A stretch of DNA of 36,371 nucleotides from an uncultured Candidatus Saccharibacteria bacterium (GTDB lineage: Bacteria; Patescibacteriota; WWE3; CAZQQZ01): positions 1 to 36,371 of the forward strand of contig CAZQQZ010000003.1 in NCBI GenBank assembly GCA_964595755.1, read 5' to 3'. Of the stretch, positions 1 through 6,337 are shown one piece after another; position 1 is the first letter of the stretch; every line of letters starts with the position of its first letter. The position numbers and the translations under genes are program-made. The notes beneath the pieces were generated by a model, which saw nothing but the letters and a program-made list of their open reading frames with translations, searched no databases and was not told the origin of the DNA.

Positions 1-49
1 GATAATCGAGGTTTTAAAACAGGCCAATACTGTTATATTAAGTACGTCT

Positions 50-124
50 TGGCTCCGCGGACAGGGCTCGAACCTGTAACCTTGGCCTTAACAGGGCCCT
101 GCTCTACCATTGAGCTACCGCGGA
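50..124 (-). tRNA. tRNA-Asn(GTT)
   Basis: Reverse complement is TCCGCGGTAGCTCAATGGTAGAGCAGGGCCCTGTTAAGGCCAAGGTTACAGGTTCGAGCCCTGTCCGCGGAGCCA. It folds as a cloverleaf with anticodon loop CTGTTAA, T-loop GTTCGAG and encoded CCA. Confidence 0.97.
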
Positions 125-160
125 ATATTGTTTTTTGACAAATAATCTACCTTGATACCT
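104..160 (-). pseudogene. Probable C-terminal remnant of a GIY-YIG endonuclease gene reading into tRNA-Asn
   Basis: Minus-strand frame reads RYQGRLFVKKQYSAVAQW*, resembling the end of the intact GIY-YIG at 5947-6204 (KTSVGRRFLKKIFDCYSGIV*). It has the same position relative to its tRNA. Confidence 0.55.
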
Positions 161-180
161 TTATGTTTATGATTGTTCTT

Positions 181-240
181 CCATCGAGCTACCCGTCCGC
201 CACGGCTTCGCCGCAGGCGTGCCGGGCGGGCCGCGGAATA
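181..240 (-). repeat. Duplicated tRNA-Asn 5' end interrupted by a 39 bp GC-rich palindromic insert (192-230)
   Basis: 181-191 plus 231-240 (ccatcgagcta+ccgcggaata) matches 107-127 (ccattgagctaccgcggaata) at 20/21 positions. The insert reads CCCGCCCGG...GGCGGACGGG on the minus strand. Confidence 0.85.
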
Positions 241-315
241 CAGTGGGATTATATCATTTAGTCGCTTAACGTGCCAACCATTCATTTGGCGGTTTTTTGT
301 TATATTATAAACAGT

Positions 316-666
316 ATGGGAGTTGTTATTATTGATAATAAAATAACCAGAGAAAATGTTGCCATTGCTCGGGAAGAATATTCAAGCTACATTAAGATCA
401 CGGCGGACATTGTCCAGAAAATAATTGCCGTGGGCGGTCAATTTCACGCGGACGCAGAAGAAGTTTTGACTTCGAAATATGGGAGTGTATCCAAAAACAT
501 TTGGGGCGGTGGTTATAGCATCAAAAGGAAGGTTTTTGAAACAAACGCTTTATTAAACATCAAGCCTGGGATTAATGAGAGCTCGGAAATCTTGGATTCA
601 AACAAACGCAACGATTTTTTAAATCTGGTAAAAGAGAAATTATCAGAAATCGAAACGCTTATATGA
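316..666 (+). CDS. DUF5674-like protein
   Basis: Motif IAVGGQFHADAEEVL...NIWGG...NIKP resembles this CPR-common family. ATG at 316 follows a TATTATAAA -10-like sequence. Confidence 0.7.
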   Translation: MGVVIIDNKITRENVAIAREEYSSYIKITADIVQKIIAVGGQFHADAEEVLTSKYGSVSKNIWGGGYSIKRKVFETNALLNIKPGINESSEILDSNKRNDFLNLVKEKLSEIETLI

Positions 667-917
667 CTTACAAACCGACTTTAAAAGATGCGGCAGTCGA
701 TCTGCGACGGGCAATCTACGCCAGCTTTTCCAAGGACGGGTTTCAAGATGAAGAGGCAAAGATGTTTTTGGATAACGCCAGGAAAATAATTGTCCAGAAT
801 CCCATTTCCAACCTTGATTTTGAGAAGGCAGAAAGGGATTTTCAAAAGGAGTCACGAAATCTTGAAAGAAAAAGGGAGCATCTTTTGATGGCCTCGATTT
901 TTCTTCTTGACGGGTGA
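663..917 (+). CDS. Small helical hypothetical protein coupled to the DUF5674-like gene
   Basis: ATGA overlap with the upstream stop; 84 aa, helical and charged. Confidence 0.65.
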   Translation: MTYKPTLKDAAVDLRRAIYASFSKDGFQDEEAKMFLDNARKIIVQNPISNLDFEKAERDFQKESRNLERKREHLLMASIFLLDG

Positions 918-941
918 TTTTCGTCTGTTATAATATTTCCG

Positions 942-1136
942 ATGCCTAAAGTTTTGAAGTATTTTCTTCTCCTTCTTCCCATACTCGCGATCGGCGTTTT
1001 TCTCTTTCTTCTTTTAACTGGTAAGGGTGGTTGCACTTATGTTTTTGGTAGATGGGTAAGAATTCCTTTTCTCCAAAAGTACTCCTGCGGGACTTATTTG
1101 GAGAAGGGGGAGGAAGGTCAACAGCTTGATAATTGA
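942..1136 (+). CDS. Small membrane-anchored hypothetical protein
   Basis: N-terminal hydrophobic helix; TTGACG(907)...TATAAT(929) promoter ends 7 nt before the ATG. Confidence 0.6.
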   Translation: MPKVLKYFLLLLPILAIGVFLFLLLTGKGGCTYVFGRWVRIPFLQKYSCGTYLEKGEEGQQLDN

Positions 1137-1150
1137 AAATGGGTGGGGGC

Positions 1151-1179
1151 TTGCAATTTATGCCAAAGCGTGTTATAAT
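1151..1179 (+). promoter_or_regulatory. Sigma70-type promoter of the RRM gene
   Basis: TTGCAA-17 bp-TATAAT with an extended -10 TG. Confidence 0.75.
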
Positions 1180-1305
1180 GTATATGTTTCGATATTTCGG
1201 ATAGCTTTCTTTCGTTTCCAGATGGTTTCCTTTTTAGGTCCCCAGATGGCGTTTAAAGAAGCTTCCACACTAATTCTATGTTAGGAGGTGACACAATTTA
1301 ATAGC

Positions 1306-1572
1306 ATGAGCACCAAACTTTACGTAGGCAATCTTCCCTACAGCATGACCGACGACAAACTCGCCGAGTTGTTTGCTGAAGCGGGAGAAGTAGTTTCCGC
1401 AACGGTTATCACCGACAGAAACTCCGGCCGATCAAAGGGCTTTGGTTTTGTTGAGATGGCTTCCGAAGCGGACGCTAAGAAAGCAATTGAACTTATGAAC
1501 GGAAAAGATCTCGATGGCAGACCAGCAGTTGTTAATGAAGCTCGACCAAAAGAGCCACGAAATAACTTCTAA
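1306..1572 (+). CDS. RRM (RNP-1) RNA-binding protein
   Basis: RNP2 motif LYVGNL and RNP1 motif KGFGFVEM; AGGAGG upstream. Confidence 0.95.
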   Translation: MSTKLYVGNLPYSMTDDKLAELFAEAGEVVSATVITDRNSGRSKGFGFVEMASEADAKKAIELMNGKDLDGRPAVVNEARPKEPRNNF

Positions 1573-1596
1573 GCTTTCATTTGATTTATAGAAGAG

Positions 1597-1624
1597 CCCC
1601 CCACGCTCAGCGTGGGGGGTTTTT
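1597..1624 (+). terminator. Rho-independent terminator
   Basis: ccccccacgc-tca-gcgtgggggg followed by ttttt. Confidence 0.9.
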
Positions 1625-1645
1625 CGTTTTCTAGAGAGTTTTTTT

Positions 1646-1670
1646 GTAGAGGCGGAAAGGCCTCCTCTAC
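1646..1670. repeat. GTAG-type REP-like palindrome
   Basis: Intergenic gtagaggcgg-aaagg-cctcctctac with GTAG...CTAC ends. Confidence 0.4.
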
Positions 1671-1743
1671 GTGTGGTTTATTTAACAATTCAACAATTAT
1701 CATCAAATCCCAAAAACACAATCTGTGCTAGAATGTCTTTACT

Positions 1744-3237
1744 ATGAAGACCGTTCGCACTAGAGTCGCGCCATCCCCAACCGGATTTCCCCATGTCGGC
1801 ACATTGTACCAGGCCCTTTTTGATTTTGTCTGGGCCAAAAAAAATGAGGGTAAATTTATTTTAAGAATTGAAGATACAGACGCAAAAAGAGAAGTTGAGG
1901 GCGCCGAACAGGCAATTTTCGACGCTTTTTCGTGGGCGGGTTTAAATGCTGACGAGGGTCCTAATTCCGGAGGAGAATTTGGTCCTTATCGTCAATCGGA
2001 ACGTTTAACGCTCTATAAAAAATACGCGGAAGAACTAATCGAAAAAGGATTTGCCTATTACTGCTTTTGCGACGAGACCCGTCTCGAAACTCTTCGAAAG
2101 GAACAAGAGGCAAAAAAGCTTCCTCCCCGTTACGATAGATTTTGTCGCGATATAAATCCTCAAGAGGCCAAGAAGAGAGTGAAAGCAGGAGAAAAAGCCT
2201 GCATCCGCATGAAAATTCCGGATCACGAAAAGATAAAGGTGACGGATCTTATTCGCGGAGAGATTGAATTTGACAGCGATACCTTGGACGATCAAGTTAT
2301 TTTAAAGTCGGATGGTTTTCCCACTTATCATCTCGCCGTTGTCGTTGATGACCATTTGATGGAAATTTCTCATGCCATAAGGGGAGAAGAATGGCTACCA
2401 TCTGCTCCAAAGCATGTATTACTGTATCGATACATGAATTGGGTGCCGCCCGTTTTCGTTCACCTTCCAATTTTGAGAAATCCGGATCACTCAAAAATGT
2501 CAAAACGTCAGGGTCTCACCTCCGTTTTCTGGTATCGTGACGAAGGCTATCTCCCCGAAGCTCTTCTTAATTATCTTGCTTCCATCGTTTGGAATCATCC
2601 CGAGGGAAAAGAAATTTTTGGGATTCCTGATCTAATAAAATATTTCGAATTTAAAGATATGTCTTATGCTGCCCCCATTTTTGATTTGACTAAACTTGAG
2701 TGGATGAGTGGAGTCTACCTTCGCGGTTTTTCAGTGGAACAGTTCATTGATAAGATGGACGAATATCGAAATCGATTGGGCAAGCGAAATCTTTTGGAAA
2801 CTTTAGGAATGGAAAAACTTAGAAAGATTATTCCTTTAGTGCAAGAGCGGATTAAAAAACTTTCGGAATTTGGTCCTTCGGTGGATTTCTTCTTTGTTTC
2901 CCCTCACCCACTTTTGGTTAGATACGAATATTCACTTCAGGCCCGGTATTTGGACAAAATCCCGGAAATGCTTGATATGATGTTTGACCGATTTACGAAA
3001 TTATCCGATTTCTCCGCAGGTTCAATTCACAATTCGGTAAATGAAATTGTGACCGCGACGGGATGGAAAAAAGCCGATTTTTGCATGATGATGAGAATCG
3101 CAATTACCGGTAAAACAATATCTGCTCCCCTTTTTGAAAGTATGGAAATTATTGGGAGGGACGCTTCCTTTGAAAGACTTGGAAAAGCCAAAGAAGTGGT
3201 CATAGAACTTATTAAAGATGGACAGAGTCAAACGTAA
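1744..3237 (+). CDS. gltX: Glutamate--tRNA ligase
   Basis: RVAPSPTG, HVGT (HIGH equivalent), LRIEDTD, RGEEW and KMSKR motifs. Confidence 0.97.
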   Translation: MKTVRTRVAPSPTGFPHVGTLYQALFDFVWAKKNEGKFILRIEDTDAKREVEGAEQAIFDAFSWAGLNADEGPNSGGEFGPYRQSERLTLYKKYAEELIEKGFAYYCFCDETRLETLRKEQEAKKLPPRYDRFCRDINPQEAKKRVKAGEKACIRMKIPDHEKIKVTDLIRGEIEFDSDTLDDQVILKSDGFPTYHLAVVVDDHLMEISHAIRGEEWLPSAPKHVLLYRYMNWVPPVFVHLPILRNPDHSKMSKRQGLTSVFWYRDEGYLPEALLNYLASIVWNHPEGKEIFGIPDLIKYFEFKDMSYAAPIFDLTKLEWMSGVYLRGFSVEQFIDKMDEYRNRLGKRNLLETLGMEKLRKIIPLVQERIKKLSEFGPSVDFFFVSPHPLLVRYEYSLQARYLDKIPEMLDMMFDRFTKLSDFSAGSIHNSVNEIVTATGWKKADFCMMMRIAITGKTISAPLFESMEIIGRDASFERLGKAKEVVIELIKDGQSQT

Positions 3238-4222
3238 AAAATTTACCGGAACCAAAAAGAAGCTCCAAAAATCGGCCCCTTCTCCGAATCGCGGTTCATA
3301 TGAGAAGTTAAAAAAACACCTAATTAAAAGTAGAGACCTAGCAGGTAAAGATTTTCTTGAAAAACATCAAAAGACAATCAGCTGGCTAAAAACAAGAGGG
3401 GTGGACTTGGTAAATCTTTCCGAAAAAGGACTCCGGTTTGGAGCATCTGCTCTTCTTTTTACCGCTTTGGCCACCGGGTATGGGGTTGCCTCAATGATTC
3501 CCAGCAAAAAAGAGAGTAAACCTATTACAACAACCCTAGACGATCCGAAAGCGTTCTCCTATCGGACCTCCCTTGTAGCGCGATTAAGCCAATATTTTAA
3601 AAGCGCCACGGAGAAACCAAATGAAAAAACCAAGGAAGAGATAGCCAAAGAGCTTTCAAGTTCCTTTGAACTACCGATAGTTTCGGAAATTGATGGCTAC
3701 ATTCTGCCAGATTATCATGGGCTAACCGGTTACGAACAGCATCTTTTTCGCTACCCGGGAGACGCTGCTTTTAATCATGTGGAAACGGCGATTGAATGGG
3801 AAAAATACGGGGTAGAGGGAATCGCTCCGGCGACTGGCGCTTGGGGGTACTTTGCTCCTTCCAAAGAAGTGTTGACAGACGATTTAGTCCAAAAAGAAAA
3901 GTGGTATGCTGTTTGTCAAACATTTTTGATTCCTGGCTGGAATGAGAATTTGGCAAAATACGCAGAATGGTATAAATATCGTAAAGTAATTATGGTAAAT
4001 GTCAAAACGGGACAGACAGTTGTCTGCGCTTTGGGAGATTCCGGGCCGGCCACTTGGACGGGTAAAGTTTTTGGGGCCTCGCCGGAAGCGATGTGGTCAC
4101 TGGGATTGGGAACGGGTCCAAGAAAAGGAGAGGTTCTAATGTATTTTGTGGATGATCCAAAAGATAAAGTGCCTTTGGGTCCGATTCTGCCAAAAGAACT
4201 CGAAACAATTACGCGCGCTTAA
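3218..4222 (+). CDS. Membrane-anchored hypothetical protein with a possible RlpA-like double-psi barrel C-terminus
   Basis: Basic N-terminus and one TM helix. C-terminal VIMVNVKTGQTVVCALGDSGP...ASPEAMWSLG resembles the RlpA VxDxGP...LSxxA pattern. Confidence 0.6.
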   Translation: MDRVKRKKFTGTKKKLQKSAPSPNRGSYEKLKKHLIKSRDLAGKDFLEKHQKTISWLKTRGVDLVNLSEKGLRFGASALLFTALATGYGVASMIPSKKESKPITTTLDDPKAFSYRTSLVARLSQYFKSATEKPNEKTKEEIAKELSSSFELPIVSEIDGYILPDYHGLTGYEQHLFRYPGDAAFNHVETAIEWEKYGVEGIAPATGAWGYFAPSKEVLTDDLVQKEKWYAVCQTFLIPGWNENLAKYAEWYKYRKVIMVNVKTGQTVVCALGDSGPATWTGKVFGASPEAMWSLGLGTGPRKGEVLMYFVDDPKDKVPLGPILPKELETITRA

Positions 4223-4227
4223 ATAAT

Positions 4228-4548
4228 ATGAAAGTATTTTATGAATCTTTAATTGAATACTCCCGCGTTGACCGTCTCATATCTGGTCTGAACGAAGCGG
4301 AAAAGAATGAAATTTTGTCGTTAATCAAAGAAACCCTAACCTTAAGATTGATTGATTCCATTCTAGATAAACTTTCCCCCGCTTCCGAAGAACTATTTTG
4401 GGAACTTTTTCTGGAAGATGCCTCAAGCGAAGATATTCTTACCTTTCTTGAGGGAGAAGTTGCTGGAGCAAGGTTACTAATTACAGAAAAAGCGAAGGGA
4501 ATCCTAGATGAACTGGAGTCAGAAATTTTGGAAGAAGAAAAAGCCTAA
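4228..4548 (+). CDS. Acidic helical hypothetical protein
   Basis: 106 aa ORF starting 5 nt after the previous stop, on the same strand. Confidence 0.7.
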   Translation: MKVFYESLIEYSRVDRLISGLNEAEKNEILSLIKETLTLRLIDSILDKLSPASEELFWELFLEDASSEDILTFLEGEVAGARLLITEKAKGILDELESEILEEEKA

Positions 4549-5357
4549 TATCCCCCCACCGGCAGATACGCGTTCGTTTGAATATAAGATCTTGCCAACT
4601 CAAAATAGCATTTATCTTTGTCCAAAAACGGCAGGGATTCGCATATTTCTGGATCTGACGTTTCTTTGGCAACCTTAATCAAACACTCATCCATGGTCTT
4701 TTTACCCAACACCATTTCGCAAAGATATTTATCCCCTCTCGCAACTGCGATTTTCGCGTAACACTCGTTTCTTAGGTCCGTCGAAAGACTTTCACAATAA
4801 TCCGAACTCCTTGAAAGGACAGCCATACAATAAGTACTTTCTTCCCCTTGAATTTGACTGCAGGCTTTGGTATCTCTTCTGGCAAGGGCAGTGCAAAGAT
4901 CATTGTAGCTAATCTTTAACCCAGAAGCTTTAGAACAAAGTTCCGGTTTTTTGTATCCCACGGCGAAGTTGAAATAGCAGTCGTTCGGGTAGAGAGTGCC
5001 ATAATCGCAAAAAGAAGCGTCCTTTTTTGATTCCGCCAGCTTGTCGTAGCATCTTTTCTTACGGTTTAGCGATAATTTATCGCAGTATTTTTCATCTTGA
5101 AGGGAAAAGGCAAGGCATTCGTTTTTTAAAAAGGAAAGGGGAATTTTTTGGCAATAACTTGGATCACTGGAGGTTTCCGCAAGGCAGGTGGCTTGGTTTA
5201 CCGTAAGTTTTATTTGCTGACAATATGAGGCAACGGTTCTTTCTTCTTCCGTATCTGCCGTTTCAAAATTGATATTAATTTTTCCCCCAATAACGTATTT
5301 CTGGGTTACGAAGGCGAGTATTCCTGCAATTAGGGCTAGAAATATAAATTTTTTCAT
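4545..5357 (-). CDS. Secreted or anchored protein with Cys-rich helical repeats
   Basis: MKKFIFLAL signal or anchor, then ~25 aa repeats such as DPSYCQKI...NEC, DEKYCDKL, DKYLCEMV and DPEICESL. Confidence 0.8.
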   Translation of the reverse strand: MKKFIFLALIAGILAFVTQKYVIGGKININFETADTEEERTVASYCQQIKLTVNQATCLAETSSDPSYCQKIPLSFLKNECLAFSLQDEKYCDKLSLNRKKRCYDKLAESKKDASFCDYGTLYPNDCYFNFAVGYKKPELCSKASGLKISYNDLCTALARRDTKACSQIQGEESTYCMAVLSRSSDYCESLSTDLRNECYAKIAVARGDKYLCEMVLGKKTMDECLIKVAKETSDPEICESLPFLDKDKCYFELARSYIQTNAYLPVGGY

Positions 5358-5364
5358 TGGTGAT

Positions 5365-5619
5365 TTAATTATACACGCTTTGCCGATGTTCAATGGCAGA
5401 TATTCTAATAAGTCTCTCTTTTAGTAAAACTTCGTAGAGGATTCGATAAGGCCACGCCCGGGCCGATCGGAGATTTTTGAGTTCTCCCTCAAGTTTTTTA
5501 CCAGTTAAAGGATCATTTTTTATTTTTGCCACACCTAGAGCCGCCTTTTTTCTCTGCTCGTGGTTAAGTTTGCGAAATTGTTTAAGAGAGGGTCCTGTAA
5601 AGGGTATTTCAAACTTCAT
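5365..5619 (-). CDS. RelE/ParE-family toxin
   Basis: NDPLTGKKLEGELKNLRSARAWPYRILY...IEHRQSVY is a typical RelE pattern. Confidence 0.88.
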   Translation of the reverse strand: MKFEIPFTGPSLKQFRKLNHEQRKKAALGVAKIKNDPLTGKKLEGELKNLRSARAWPYRILYEVLLKERLIRISAIEHRQSVYN

Positions 5620-5821
5620 TTAAGAATTCTTCATAAGTAACAATTTTTCCCTTACGAAAATCTTCTGCACTTTCCCGAATAGTTTTCATGAGTTTTTTAT
5701 TAGATAAAATCTCCATTGTTTCTTCCCAAGAGTCCACTTCTTCAAGAATGGTGTAAAAATTTGACCGTGCTAGGCTGGCGGGAATTGTTTCCGGTAGTTT
5801 TTTGCTATAATAAACTTGCAT
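5609..5821 (-). CDS. Phd/YefM-family antitoxin, apparently internally deleted
   Basis: TIPASLARSNFYTILEEV N-terminus and WEETMEILSNKKLM C-terminus; overlaps the toxin start. The start codon is uncertain. Confidence 0.7.
   Translation of the reverse strand: MQVYYSKKLPETIPASLARSNFYTILEEVDSWEETMEILSNKKLMKTIRESAEDFRKGKIVTYEEFLNEV
5803..5811 (+). promoter_or_regulatory. Extended -10 element (TGcTATAAT) for the tRNA-Gln locus
   Basis: Located 10 nt upstream of the dead tRNA 5'-end copy at 5822. Confidence 0.6.
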
Positions 5822-5936
5822 TCGGGTGTCGCTTGTCTCGCCACATCTACCGATGTGGCGGATCTAATGGCCCGCCTCGACTCGCTCGCCTCGCGGAAGC
5901 TGGCGAAGCGAGCCGTCTCAGCGAGGCAGGTAGGAC
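5822..5936 (+). repeat. Degenerate copy of the tRNA-Gln 5' end with two palindromic inserts (5832-5862 and 5871-5930)
   Basis: Removing the inserts leaves TCGGGTGTCG+TCTAATGG+TAGGAC, versus the tRNA TCGGGAATCGTCTAATGGTAGGAC (22/24 identical). Confidence 0.85.
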
Positions 5937-5946
5937 CCATCTTTAC

Positions 5947-6204
5947 ATGTTTGAAGTCTATGTTCTAAAAAGTGAAAAGGCGAAGAAGAGTTATGTCGGA
6001 TCTACCAACGATATCCAACGAAGGCTGACTGAGCATAACTCTGGTAAGTGTTTTTATACCAAACGCTATTTACCTTGGAGATTGATTTACGAAGAAAGCT
6101 TTGAAGACGAAGGAGATGCTAGAAAAAGGGAGAATTATTTTAAGACGAGTGTTGGGAGAAGATTTCTTAAGAAAATATTTGATTGTTATTCGGGAATCGT
6201 CTAA
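5947..6204 (+). CDS. Small stand-alone GIY-YIG nuclease
   Basis: VYVLKS...SYVGST...RRLTEHNSG...YTKRYLPWRLIYEE...ARKRE. The last codons overlap the tRNA-Gln 5' end. Confidence 0.92.
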   Translation: MFEVYVLKSEKAKKSYVGSTNDIQRRLTEHNSGKCFYTKRYLPWRLIYEESFEDEGDARKRENYFKTSVGRRFLKKIFDCYSGIV

Positions 6205-6263
6205 TGGTAGGACACGTCCCTCTGGAGGACGGTATCTTGGTTCGAATCCAGGTTCCCGAGCCA
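6190..6263 (+). tRNA. tRNA-Gln(CTG)
   Basis: TCGGGAA/TTCCCGA acceptor stem, anticodon arm CGTCC-CTCTGGA-GGACG, T-loop GTTCGAAT and encoded CCA. Confidence 0.96.
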
Positions 6264-6337
6264 CACTTAGCGTGGCTAAAGTGCGCTAAAACGGGCACTC
6301 TATGCATATCGCGTGACTCCAGCTCGCTCACGAGGAG

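Noticed and set aside
5716-5946. N-terminal extension of the 162 aa GIY-YIG ORF in the track
   Set aside because: It is read-through of the antitoxin antisense strand, the dead tRNA copy and the palindromic inserts. The domain begins at ATG 5947.
5822-6263. tRNA-Gln interrupted by an intron encoding a homing endonuclease
   Set aside because: The downstream tRNA is complete without splicing, and no group I or II intron core is evident in the short non-coding parts.
6070-6289. Short ORFs overlapping tRNA-Gln, and other antisense ORFs in the track
   Set aside because: They overlap a tRNA or well-supported genes and carry no recognisable motifs.
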